Below are positions 50,554-60,139 of a stretch of 64,000 bases of DNA, piece by piece. The position numbers and the translations under genes are program-made. Position 1 is the first letter of the stretch; each line of letters starts with the position of its first letter. This stretch comes from Candidatus Nomurabacteria bacterium (GTDB taxonomy: Bacteria > Patescibacteriota > Minisyncoccia > Phycocordibacterales > UBA918). The notes under the pieces were generated by a model. It saw only the letters and a list, made by a program, of their open reading frames with translations, was not told the origin of the DNA and ran no database searches. The stretch spans positions 365,634 through 429,633 of the forward strand of contig CP060227.1 in assembly GCA_023898525.1 (NCBI GenBank). The letters run 5' to 3'.

Positions 50554-51069
50554 CTAATTGTGGCAGAAAAGTAAAATTACATTGTCAGCATCATAGTCAC
50601 AGTCACCGTTTTTTCCGCAGGAGTAAATTACACTGGAATCAGTACTAGCATCCGCCACCCCTCCACAACCAACCGTTTCCGCTAGACATTGATAGTCCTC
50701 ATCAAGACGGTACGGGTTACCCCAGGGGTCTATCGCTTTTTTAATGTACGGCCCGTTCCAACCAGAGTAAGTACCGTCCGTTGCCACCAAACCTGAGGAT
50801 GATGCATTCAACCAGATTTCATTGTTTGGATAAGAGCTGGGCGGACAATACTTTTTTAATTTGTTAGGATACAAACCAGTGTCGTTATAAAGTATTTCCA
50901 TAGCTTTATATATACCATTCAGTTCACTCTGAGCAGAAGCCACCTGCGCTTGGTATCTAGCGTCAGCCAAAGAAGAGAGTATTACACTCGCCAATATACC
51001 AATGATCGCAATTACAACCAGTAGCTCAATCAAAGTGAAGCCGAGTGTATATTTGGTAAATTTATACAT
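50554..51069 (-). CDS. type IV pilin / GspG(PulG)-ComGC-like major pseudopilin with class III signal peptide
   Basis: prepilin cleavage/N-methylation motif G|FTLIELLVVIAIIGILASV; GspG-type signature DPWGNPY; four C-terminal Cys. Confidence 0.85.
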   Translation of the reverse strand: MYKFTKYTLGFTLIELLVVIAIIGILASVILSSLADARYQAQVASAQSELNGIYKAMEILYNDTGLYPNKLKKYCPPSSYPNNEIWLNASSSGLVATDGTYSGWNGPYIKKAIDPWGNPYRLDEDYQCLAETVGCGGVADASTDSSVIYSCGKNGDCDYDADNVILLFCHN

Positions 51070-51239
51070 AATATACATAATTTGTAATGTATAAAAAGTA
51101 TAGCACTTATTAATCTTAATATTCAGTATCGTAGGTTGAAACTAGTAAAAAATAACGTACAATTCTATAATTCCCTCTCAAATCAAATAGCTTGAAACCT
51201 TTGTTTTAGTTGTTTAATTTGAAACGGATCCTAAATACT

Positions 51240-51935
51240 ATGTCAAAATCAGAAACTATTGTTATATCAGTTGGCGGATCACTGATCGTTCCCGATCAAA
51301 TTGATACGGCTTTTTTAGCTAAGTTAAAGGATTTTATAATTAAAGAAACGACGGATGGCCGTCGTTTTGTTATTATCGCCGGTGGCGGTAAGACTGCCAG
51401 ACGCTACCAAGAAGCAGCCGGAGAGGTTAGCAGTCTACAAAGCGAAGACTTGGACTGGCTCGGACTACATGCCACCAGACTTAATGGCCACCTTTTACGT
51501 ACCATCTTTCGTGACCTAGCGTATCCAACTATAATTACCAACCCTGACGAAATTCTTGACGTTCCGACAGACTCTCCTCTTATTATAGCGGCCGGTTACC
51601 GACCGGGCGCATCAACCGATTTACGAGCCATCCAGATAGCCAACAACATTAAAGCTCACCGAGTTATAAATTTATCCAATACTGACTATGTTTATACTGC
51701 CAACCCAGCCACTAACCCAACCGCTGAAAAAATCGAAGAAATATCCTGGACCGATTTTAGAAAGTTGATTCCCGAAGAATGGGATCCTGGACTATCCTCT
51801 CCTTTTGACCCAGTGGCTGCTAAAGAAGCGGAACGATTAGGTATAGAAGTGGCCCAAATAAACGGAACCCATCTTGAGTATTTGATAAACTATTTGCACG
51901 AAGAAGATTTCATTGGTACTAGAATTCACGTTTAG
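51240..51935 (+). CDS. pyrH: uridylate (UMP) kinase, amino-acid-kinase fold
   Basis: IVISVGGSL ... FVIIAGGGKTARRY ... AAGYRPGASTD motifs; start placed at MSKSETIV. Confidence 0.7.
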   Translation: MSKSETIVISVGGSLIVPDQIDTAFLAKLKDFIIKETTDGRRFVIIAGGGKTARRYQEAAGEVSSLQSEDLDWLGLHATRLNGHLLRTIFRDLAYPTIITNPDEILDVPTDSPLIIAAGYRPGASTDLRAIQIANNIKAHRVINLSNTDYVYTANPATNPTAEKIEEISWTDFRKLIPEEWDPGLSSPFDPVAAKEAERLGIEVAQINGTHLEYLINYLHEEDFIGTRIHV

Positions 51936-51939
51936 TTTT

Positions 51940-52003
51940 GACGGCAAAATACGGTACAAAATAAGCCCTAAATAGGGCTTATTTTGTACCGTATTTTGCC
52001 GTC
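51940..52003. terminator. 29-bp-arm perfect inverted repeat (GACGGCAAAATACGGTACAAAATAAGCCC-TAAATA-GGGCTTATTTTGTACCGTATTTTGCCGTC), probable bidirectional terminator
   Basis: arms verified base by base; lies between convergent pyrH (+) and cupredoxin gene (-). Confidence 0.6.
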
Positions 52004-52009
52004 ATCCGG

Positions 52010-52585
52010 CTACTCAACAATCAGCTTACCGACCATACCAGCTTGGCGATGACCACCCACTGAACAGTAATATTCAAAAGTACCAATTTTGTCAGCCACA
52101 AAAGTTACCGAAGTATTACCACCGGCTTGAATTCTATCTGTAGCTGCACCGAACTCATCTACTACCCAGTCATGAAAACCGCTAGAGTTAGTCAGATTTA
52201 TAGTTACCCGATCGCCCTTGTTGACCTTTATCTCAGTAACTGAGTAACCGAAACTAAAAGCATCTAGGGTAAACACTTTTTCGGTGACAGCAGCTTCAGT
52301 CACACCAGAAGATGGCGACCCCCCTTTACCAGTTGGGTCAATCATTGTCTCTGATTTTGAAGCATCGCCCTCTGAAGTCTCTATAGTTTCCATAACCCCA
52401 GACTCTTCATCGGTTGTTGCTGTCACATCTGTTTCTTCCGACATATTATCGGTCGTAACTCCATCCGTTTCCCCGGCTGGAATATGATTATTTGTAGTGT
52501 TTGAACCTTGATTGCCGCTATTGATAAACACAAAAATGAGTGCGATTAAAATCAGCCCAAGTACAACGATATATATAGGTTTCAT
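52010..52585 (-). CDS. membrane-anchored cupredoxin (type-1 blue copper, azurin/plastocyanin-like) protein with Thr/Glu/Ser-rich linker
   Basis: C-terminal YYCSVGGHRQAGMVGKLIV (Cys-x4-His-x4-Met) plus upstream His (GFHDW); N-terminal TM MKPIYIVVLGLILIALIFVFI. Confidence 0.65.
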   Translation of the reverse strand: MKPIYIVVLGLILIALIFVFINSGNQGSNTTNNHIPAGETDGVTTDNMSEETDVTATTDEESGVMETIETSEGDASKSETMIDPTGKGGSPSSGVTEAAVTEKVFTLDAFSFGYSVTEIKVNKGDRVTINLTNSSGFHDWVVDEFGAATDRIQAGGNTSVTFVADKIGTFEYYCSVGGHRQAGMVGKLIVE

Positions 52586-52647
52586 AAGCAAAAAATTATA
52601 TCTAATTACGAATAGTGTAGCACAGTACACAGACTATTGGCTACAAA

Positions 52648-53202
52648 TTATTTTTTGTGAGCGACCAAAAAATTATCTACAGACTTATATAGGTTCTCAA
52701 GTGAGTCACAGTTAGAAATAGTGTGATCAGCCAACTCCATTACCTTGGCTTTTTGCATACCATTAGGATCAGGATCATCCATTTCTAATTTTTCGTGTTT
52801 TACAAAATCTTCAAAGGAAACATGATCAGTTCCACTCCCACGGCCCACAATTCTTTCATATCGCACATCAGCCGGTGCATCAATCGCCAGAAGCAAGCCA
52901 CCGGCCTTTCTTAAGGTTTCTACTTCATTAATTGTCCGAATAGACTCAATTACCGCTTTCTCTACTCCATCCGCCGCTATTTTTTCTAAGGCTTTTTTTA
53001 CAATCACATCCGTCCCATTCTCTGAACGCATTATATTAGCCACCTTTCTTAAGTTTACTCTAGTTGGTTCAAGACCACGCTTTTTTATTTCTTCAGTAAT
53101 CAAATCTCGACTTGAATAATGTACGAAGTTGTATTTTGAAATTAAATGCGCAACAACAGAACCCTTGCCTGAGCCATCTGTACCAGTAACACCAATTATC
53201 AT
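52648..53202 (-). CDS. P-loop nucleotide/nucleoside kinase (dephospho-CoA-kinase/dNMP-kinase-like fold)
   Basis: Walker A IIGVTGTDGSGKGSV at the N-terminus; 184 aa. Confidence 0.45.
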   Translation of the reverse strand: MIIGVTGTDGSGKGSVVAHLISKYNFVHYSSRDLITEEIKKRGLEPTRVNLRKVANIMRSENGTDVIVKKALEKIAADGVEKAVIESIRTINEVETLRKAGGLLLAIDAPADVRYERIVGRGSGTDHVSFEDFVKHEKLEMDDPDPNGMQKAKVMELADHTISNCDSLENLYKSVDNFLVAHKK

Positions 53203-53205
53203 AGC

Positions 53206-54186
53206 TTAGTTGTTAGGATTATTCTTAGATTCTTTATATTTTGAGTAAGTTATGAGTAGTGGACTAGCAATACAAATTGATGAATAAGTTCCCGCCAAAA
53301 CTCCGGCAATCAAAACTAGAGCAAACGTTTCGGTCACGTCTCCACCGATTAAGTAGAGAGCAAATAAAGCTAGCAAGGTGGTGAGAGAAGTGTTGATTGA
53401 ACGAGCAATTGACTGAGACACAGCATTCCCTACTATATCGTCAAATGGTTTTGTAATAGTGTACTCTACCTCTTCTCGCACAACCCCTACCTCATTGCGT
53501 TTAACACGTCTTTCAGTGCGATTTTTGATTAAGTTCTCACGTACTCGGTCAAAAATCACGATTGTATCATTTACCGAGTACCCAAGCACTGCCAACAACG
53601 CCATCACAAACAATACATCCATTTCTACCCCTGATAAATAGCCCAAGATACTCATGAGAGCAGTCGGCACTAACACATCATGAATCAAAACCAAGATGGT
53701 TATACCACCATAGACCCAAGAACTGACCGGCTTACCAATACCAGCAAAGGCAAAAGCAATATACAAAATTATAATCAAAACCACTCCCGCAATCGCCCAC
53801 ATAGCTTTGTCTCTAAGCTCCTTACCCATTACCGGACCAATAGAAGTAAAGCGAGTGACTTCTGAACCATCACTAAGACTAGTCACTGCTTCCGCTACGT
53901 CTACACGCTCAGCTTCTGATAGATCACGAGTACGAATCAGGTAGCTGTCCCGGCCTGATTCGTCCAAAGAAGCCTGAATCGAAAAACCACCCAAATCTAA
54001 AGCCTCAACCACTGACTCTACCTCCTCTTCAGTTGGAACAGTATCACTATAAGCCACCTCTGTTAGTGAACCGCCCGCAAAATCAATCCCTACCTTAGGC
54101 GGTAACAAAAGAATTAGAAGTAGACTTCCACCCATCAAGACAGCAGCGATACTTAAGAAAATTTTTCTGTACTTAATAGCAAACAT
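53206..54186 (-). CDS. secF: protein translocase subunit SecF
   Basis: six-TM SecD/F fold with conserved DTIVIFDRVRENL region; directly downstream of secD. Confidence 0.85.
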   Translation of the reverse strand: MFAIKYRKIFLSIAAVLMGGSLLLILLLPPKVGIDFAGGSLTEVAYSDTVPTEEEVESVVEALDLGGFSIQASLDESGRDSYLIRTRDLSEAERVDVAEAVTSLSDGSEVTRFTSIGPVMGKELRDKAMWAIAGVVLIIILYIAFAFAGIGKPVSSWVYGGITILVLIHDVLVPTALMSILGYLSGVEMDVLFVMALLAVLGYSVNDTIVIFDRVRENLIKNRTERRVKRNEVGVVREEVEYTITKPFDDIVGNAVSQSIARSINTSLTTLLALFALYLIGGDVTETFALVLIAGVLAGTYSSICIASPLLITYSKYKESKNNPNN

Positions 54187-54192
54187 AAATGA

Positions 54193-55662
54193 TTACTTAG
54201 ATAGACCACAACCGAATAAAAATGACCAGATCTTATTCTCACCCTGTTTTACATCCGGTAGAGCCATGAGCAGAGTACGAGTTACTACCAAAGCTGAAAG
54301 CATGGACACAACCACCCCGATTCCAAACACTAAAGCGAAACCTTTAACCAAAGACGATCCGAACCAAAACAGGATAATGGCCGAAAGAATACTGGTTACG
54401 TTTCCGTCCCTGATGGCCCCCCAGGCCCGATTAAATCCTTCTACTGCCGCTTCGCGACTATTCTTACCAGCCCGTAGCTCTTCCTTCATGCGCTCAAACA
54501 CCAACACATTGGCATCCACCGCCATACCAAGCGAAATGATAAAACCAGCCAAACCAGCCGCGGTTAAAGTAACTGGAATATACTGGAAAAGTGCCAACAT
54601 GATTATGACGTAACCCATAAGCGCGATACCAGCCACCAAACCAGACAAACGATACCACAAGATCATGAAAAGCAAGATAAGTCCAAAACCAACGGCACCA
54701 GCCTTAACACCCTTATCAAGCACTTCTTGTCCTAAAGTAGCTCCAATGGTCTGAGTACTAATAAGTTCAATTGGTACCGGCAAAGCACCGAAGTTAAGAT
54801 TTTGTGCCAGAGCCCTAGCTTCGGCCGGATCAAAATTACCAGAAATAATAGCCGTTCCTCCAGTAATCGCCTCATTGATACGAGGAGAAGAAATCATCTC
54901 TCCATCCAAGAAAATAGCCAATTGTTCCCCAACGTGACTCCGGGTGATATCAGCAAACAACTTACCTCCTTCGGAAGTAAAGCGTAAAGATACAATTGGC
55001 TCATTAGCTACCTGCCCAGATTGACTACCAGCAAATTCCAGTCTAGCACTTTCCAAATAGCGACCGGTTAAACCAGTATCAATATAAGGCTCACCTACTC
55101 CTAAAGTCTCAGCAGTAGACGAGGTTCTAACGTTAGAAACAACCGCTTTGGCTCCATCTTCATCCTCAATCTCTTTTCCAATTGAAGCCACGGCATTTTG
55201 GGCAGCCAGTGCTTCAGGATCTAGTAACTTAAATTCCAAAAGCGGAGTCCGCCCAATCTCAGCCACCGCCTCAGAAACATCAGTCACACCAGGTAATTCA
55301 ACCACCAAACGTTGATGTTGTTCTTCGGTCACGAAACTACTCGTCTCAACGTAGATAGCGGGCTCTGAAACGCCAAAAATATTGATACGCTTTTCAATCA
55401 CGTCACGTAAAGTATTCATCAAATCCGGGACTTCAAGCGGATCAATTCCGGTCACATCTGCCTCATAAATCAAATGAGAACCACCGGCCAAATCCAATCC
55501 CAACTTAAAAGGATTGTCAGAATTATCGTTGATAGTATTGCTATACACGGTTGAAGCCAACCAGCCAATAACTGCAACAATTACAACCGCCCTAAAAAAA
55601 CGCAAAAAAGCGTCTGTTTTTGTATTGGTAGAGGTTTTTTCTGGTACCGACGAATTTGCCAT
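54193..55662 (-). CDS. secD: protein translocase subunit SecD
   Basis: LGLDLAGGSHLIYEAD periplasmic-domain motif and C-terminal SecD/F TM bundle. Confidence 0.85.
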   Translation of the reverse strand: MANSSVPEKTSTNTKTDAFLRFFRAVVIVAVIGWLASTVYSNTINDNSDNPFKLGLDLAGGSHLIYEADVTGIDPLEVPDLMNTLRDVIEKRINIFGVSEPAIYVETSSFVTEEQHQRLVVELPGVTDVSEAVAEIGRTPLLEFKLLDPEALAAQNAVASIGKEIEDEDGAKAVVSNVRTSSTAETLGVGEPYIDTGLTGRYLESARLEFAGSQSGQVANEPIVSLRFTSEGGKLFADITRSHVGEQLAIFLDGEMISSPRINEAITGGTAIISGNFDPAEARALAQNLNFGALPVPIELISTQTIGATLGQEVLDKGVKAGAVGFGLILLFMILWYRLSGLVAGIALMGYVIIMLALFQYIPVTLTAAGLAGFIISLGMAVDANVLVFERMKEELRAGKNSREAAVEGFNRAWGAIRDGNVTSILSAIILFWFGSSLVKGFALVFGIGVVVSMLSALVVTRTLLMALPDVKQGENKIWSFLFGCGLSK

Positions 55663-55713
55663 ATAAAAGTATTTAAATAATGTGTCTGTTATAGCATAGA
55701 AAAATCTAATTTT

Positions 55714-56511
55714 CTATTGACGTAAGTGCAACTTTACGAGATTGCGCAAAAGTACCGCGATTGTCATTGGCCCAATTCCACCCGGAACTGGTGTGAAAAG
55801 GCCCGCTTTTTCCGCTACCTCAGGCTTGGCATCACCTACCAAAAGACCACCGTCTTCTGAAGCACCGGCGTCAAACACAAAAACACCCTCCCTTACCATA
55901 TCAGCCGTCAGTAGATTTGGTTGACCAGCCCCAAGGATGATTATATCTGCCTCTTTGGTATAATATACTATGTCTTTACTATTTTCATCCAAGATAGTTA
56001 CGATACCTCCCCGATTTTGGGCATACAAGCCAGCAGGTTTACCTACCAAGCGACCAGCACCAATTACCACCACTTTTTTTCCTTTCCATTCAAGCCGATA
56101 TGTATCAGCAATCTCAGCTATAGCCCCCACCACCGGCGGCAAAATATCTGTATCTTCACCGGTGTACCCAAAAGCATCTATGTCCTGACTTTTTGGTATT
56201 GATTTTAAAACTTCATTCGTATCAATATGAGCCGGTAACGGCAACTGAACAATGATGCCAGTTTTCTTCGATGATTCGGTTTTGATAATGGACACTATTT
56301 TTTCGGTATCTATTTCTTTTGGTAAGATAATAGTATCCATTTCTATACCCAGCTCAGCCGCTCGCGCCGCCTTAAGAGCTAGAAACTTCTTTGTTTCAAA
56401 ATTTGGATCACAAGTAATAACCGTTAAACGCGGTTTAACGTCTAGATGTACTAAACTATTTGCCAGCTCTCGATAGATCTCGTTCGCGAGAACTTTTCCG
56501 TTTATAACCAT
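55714..56511 (-). CDS. folD: bifunctional methylenetetrahydrofolate dehydrogenase/cyclohydrolase
   Basis: VVVIGAGRLVGKP NAD(P) site, TPVPGGIGPMTIAVL C-terminal signature. Confidence 0.85.
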   Translation of the reverse strand: MVINGKVLANEIYRELANSLVHLDVKPRLTVITCDPNFETKKFLALKAARAAELGIEMDTIILPKEIDTEKIVSIIKTESSKKTGIIVQLPLPAHIDTNEVLKSIPKSQDIDAFGYTGEDTDILPPVVGAIAEIADTYRLEWKGKKVVVIGAGRLVGKPAGLYAQNRGGIVTILDENSKDIVYYTKEADIIILGAGQPNLLTADMVREGVFVFDAGASEDGGLLVGDAKPEVAEKAGLFTPVPGGIGPMTIAVLLRNLVKLHLRQ

Positions 56512-56533
56512 GGCGCGTAGTATAACTTATAGG

Positions 56534-57469
56534 TCACACTTGGTCTACAGACCAATCAATAACCTCACGGAGACCTTCACTCAATTCCACAGAAGGATCA
56601 AAACCATACTGAGATTGGATAAGTTCAATATTTGCACAACTCCTTTCAATATCACCTGGACGACGAGCACTGTACTTTGGAGCAAGCTCTTTAGACATGA
56701 TCTGATTAAGTCCAACAACCAGTTCATTAACAGTTATTTCTTCACCCCGTCCAACATTCCAGACACCATACCCAACTGCACTATTCTCAATTGCCAAAAG
56801 ACAAGCTTTAGCCACATCTAAGACGTGAATAAAATCTCTAGTGGCAGAACCATCACCAAAAATAGTCGGACGTTCCCCCGTTTGCATACACTGAGTAAAA
56901 ACCGAGATGACACCAGAGTATGGCGAATTTGGATCCTGGCGTGAACCATAGACATTAAAGAAACGTAAACCGGCAGTTGGTAAAAAGAATCGTTCAGAGT
57001 AGAGTCGCCCATACAGTTCATTAATCATTTTGTGTACACCATATGGCGACAACGGTGCCAGCTCCACACTTTCTGACGTTGGCACCACTTTAGTGTCTCC
57101 ATAAACCGCTGCTGAAGATGCATATACTAAACGGCGTATTTTATGCTTAGCTGCTGAATCCATCACATTTAGGGTACCAGTCACATTAACGGTATGAGTA
57201 CCAACTGGATCGACAATAGATTCCTGTACAGAAATAAGAGCCGCCAGATGTAAGACTAATTCATACTCACCCATCACCGCATCAAGCCTGTCTTTTTCAC
57301 AAATATCACCCTCGATATAGGTAATATCATTCATAACATGTTTTAAATTTACCGCCTCAGCCTTGGCTTTTTTATCAAAGACACCAACCGTGTACCCGTG
57401 TTCAAGAAACAGATCTACACAATGTGAACCGATAAACCCAGCCCCTCCAGTAATCAAAATTCGTTTCAT
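56534..57469 (-). CDS. NAD-dependent sugar epimerase/dehydratase (extended SDR; UDP-glucose-4-epimerase-like)
   Basis: ILITGGAGFIGSH Rossmann motif, YASSAAVYGD, YxxxK (YGVHK). Confidence 0.75.
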   Translation of the reverse strand: MKRILITGGAGFIGSHCVDLFLEHGYTVGVFDKKAKAEAVNLKHVMNDITYIEGDICEKDRLDAVMGEYELVLHLAALISVQESIVDPVGTHTVNVTGTLNVMDSAAKHKIRRLVYASSAAVYGDTKVVPTSESVELAPLSPYGVHKMINELYGRLYSERFFLPTAGLRFFNVYGSRQDPNSPYSGVISVFTQCMQTGERPTIFGDGSATRDFIHVLDVAKACLLAIENSAVGYGVWNVGRGEEITVNELVVGLNQIMSKELAPKYSARRPGDIERSCANIELIQSQYGFDPSVELSEGLREVIDWSVDQV

Positions 57470-57499
57470 AAATAGTACAAAATTAGCTTGTAAGTGTAT

Positions 57500-58852
57500 T
57501 TATGTACCTGTACGCATCAGTATAGTCGCTACTGTTTTTAGCGCTATCTGTACATCAAGAGTTAGTGAATGTCGCTTGAGGTAAAAGAGGTCATACGAAA
57601 GCTTCTCCATCGTCCGTTCGACATCAACCCCTCCTCGAGGCACATCAAAGTTATTAATCTGTGCCCACCCCGAAAGACCAGGCTTGATGAAATGTCGAGC
57701 ATTGTAGTATGGCACTTTCTCAGCGTAAACTTTAACAAGCGTCGGTATCTCAGGCCGTGGACCAATGAAAGATAAGTCTCCCTTGAGTACATTTATGAGT
57801 TGTGGCAATTCATCAATCCGTGTTTTCCGCAAGAAGGCTCCCACCTTTGTATCGACCAACTCACTTTTAAGTGCCTCTTCACCACTGTCGGCACCATTTT
57901 TTGTACGTATTTTATAGATATTTATCGGTCGATTAAATTGACCCACACGTTCAGCTGTATAAAAAAGGTCACCATTATCTTCGAGCTTGACTGCCACAGC
58001 CACAAACGGAAAAAGGGCTAAACTCGGTATCATCAATATCAAAGCAAAAACAATATCTATAGATCGTTTTGCAAAATTATAGAACAAGCTCTTTGCTTGT
58101 GATATGTTGGTAATAAACCACTCGTATCGTAAGGCTGATAACGGTACCCGATCAAAAGTTTCTTCATAGACTTTATTAAAATCTAAGAAAGTTAGCTCGA
58201 ATTTTAGAAATGAAAGATCAAACAATTTAGGTAACACCGTAGCTATGTACTTACTGTTTGGATTCGCTACAATTATATCGATTTTCTCGTTCTCAATCAG
58301 ATTTAATAACTTATTTTCAAAATCTTTTGTCTCTGTAGCTGTCTTTTCGTCAATTATCCTGACAAAGGAATAACTATAACGACTGTTGTTATTTATCTCA
58401 TCGACTAACTCTATAGCCTCGTGTCCGTCGGCTAAGATAATTGCTTTGTGTTGTGTTTCCGGTACCATCCGTGGAAACAGTGACATGCGCCACCAGGTAA
58501 ACAAGGCGATGCTAATAAAAATATAAATGACTAGATTGGTCTTAGGCGCAATCCCAAAAGGGATTATGAAGAATAAAAGAGCTGCTATCAAACCGTTAAC
58601 GATTTGGGTATTAATTATTCGACTAAGTAAAAAAGACTTGAAAAATAACGTTTGTTTGTCATAAAGACCGGCGATATAAAAGACAAAGATCCAAATGGTT
58701 GAAATGGTCAAAAATGGCCCTAAGTGTTCCACGAATAAATCATAGCTAGGCAACGACAAATAGCGCACCAATAAAGTTAGCCAGAGTGCGGCAATAAAAA
58801 AGAATATGTCACCAAGGACTAATTGCACCAATTCACGTGTTCGCTCCCCCAT
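57500..58852 (-). CDS. polyprenyl-phosphate sugar phosphotransferase (WbaP/PglB-like initiating phosphoglycosyl transferase, Bac_transf)
   Basis: N-terminal TMs, C-terminal catalytic domain KRSIDIVFALILMIP...LPQLINVLKGDLSFIGPRPE. Confidence 0.8.
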   Translation of the reverse strand: MGERTRELVQLVLGDIFFFIAALWLTLLVRYLSLPSYDLFVEHLGPFLTISTIWIFVFYIAGLYDKQTLFFKSFLLSRIINTQIVNGLIAALLFFIIPFGIAPKTNLVIYIFISIALFTWWRMSLFPRMVPETQHKAIILADGHEAIELVDEINNNSRYSYSFVRIIDEKTATETKDFENKLLNLIENEKIDIIVANPNSKYIATVLPKLFDLSFLKFELTFLDFNKVYEETFDRVPLSALRYEWFITNISQAKSLFYNFAKRSIDIVFALILMIPSLALFPFVAVAVKLEDNGDLFYTAERVGQFNRPINIYKIRTKNGADSGEEALKSELVDTKVGAFLRKTRIDELPQLINVLKGDLSFIGPRPEIPTLVKVYAEKVPYYNARHFIKPGLSGWAQINNFDVPRGGVDVERTMEKLSYDLFYLKRHSLTLDVQIALKTVATILMRTGT

Positions 58853-58960
58853 AGGTAATTACACATTATCGTACCGAAGTATTTGAAAATGGCAAGGGCA
58901 CGGCGCCTTTGGCGCCGTGCCCAAAAATAAGCTATGCTATATATACTATAAAAAATAAGC

Positions 58961-60109
58961 ATGGAAACAAGCCCGACCCAAAAACGCATTCTTTATGTCA
59001 TAACAAAATCAAATTTTGGCGGTGCTCAACGTTATGTTTTTGAGCTAGCTCTAGCCATGCATAAACTCGGTCATGATGTAGCGGTCGCTTGCGGAGGACA
59101 AGGAGAATTAGTAGAAAGACTGCGAGCACAAAAAATACACACTTATGAAATAGAAGGCTTTCAACGTGACATAAGCTTCTTTAAAGACCTTAAAGCTATC
59201 TGGTCTTTAAGAAAAGTCATACATCAATTTTCCCCTGATATAGTACATGTAAATAGTGCTAAAGCTGGTCTTTTGGGTTCACTTACCGCGAGGCTACTCG
59301 GCATATCTAGAGTTATTTTTACAGTTCATGGCTGGACATTCTTAGAAGACCGATCTGGGGCTTGGAAGTTCATGGCTTGGGCTGGGTCGTACCTGACCAA
59401 CCTCCTTTCCCACAAGATCATTATGGTCAGCCACCATGACCTTAGCAATTCACACATGATCGGCATCAAAAATAAAAGTACCCTTATTCACACCACAGTC
59501 AATAATTTCTTTCTCTACGACAGACAAGAAGCTAGGCATAAACTTTTTTCTGCTGATGACATAGAAAATCACCAACATAATATCTGGCTTGTAACCACAG
59601 CAGAATTAAATGCTAACAAAAATCACAAGGAGGCTATCAATGCTGTAGCTGAATTTAATTCCACCCACTCAACCAAAATATTTTACTCCATAATTGGTGA
59701 AGGTGAATTGCTTTCAGATTTACGCGAGCAAGTAGATTTTCGTGGACTTAAAGACCACGTTTGTTTTCTCGGTCAAATCAAAGATGCTAGGCAGTATCTA
59801 TTAGCTTTTGACGCCTTTATTTTGCCGTCAAAAAAAGAGGGTTTGCCCTACTCCCTATTAGAAGCCGGTCAGGCCGGACTTCCCTGTATAGCTAGCCAGG
59901 TCGGCGGAATCGGAGAAGTAATAGAAGAGAAAATCTCAGGACGACTAACCGACCCTGATAACCACAACACTATTGTTAAAGCTCTTGATGAAATCATCAA
60001 TTACCCAGACAGACGAACACGTTATTCAAGTAATTTGACAGACCACATTCACACTAATTTTAGCCACTCTGAAATGATTGATAAAACAAAAAAAGTGTAT
60101 TTTCTTTAA
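58961..60109 (+). CDS. glycosyltransferase family 4
   Basis: ILPSKKEGLPYSLLEAGQAGLPCIAS...G matches the Glycos_transf_1 core. Confidence 0.8.
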   Translation: METSPTQKRILYVITKSNFGGAQRYVFELALAMHKLGHDVAVACGGQGELVERLRAQKIHTYEIEGFQRDISFFKDLKAIWSLRKVIHQFSPDIVHVNSAKAGLLGSLTARLLGISRVIFTVHGWTFLEDRSGAWKFMAWAGSYLTNLLSHKIIMVSHHDLSNSHMIGIKNKSTLIHTTVNNFFLYDRQEARHKLFSADDIENHQHNIWLVTTAELNANKNHKEAINAVAEFNSTHSTKIFYSIIGEGELLSDLREQVDFRGLKDHVCFLGQIKDARQYLLAFDAFILPSKKEGLPYSLLEAGQAGLPCIASQVGGIGEVIEEKISGRLTDPDNHNTIVKALDEIINYPDRRTRYSSNLTDHIHTNFSHSEMIDKTKKVYFL

Positions 60110-60139
60110 CCAAAACTAGTTACCACCAACCAAGTAGTT

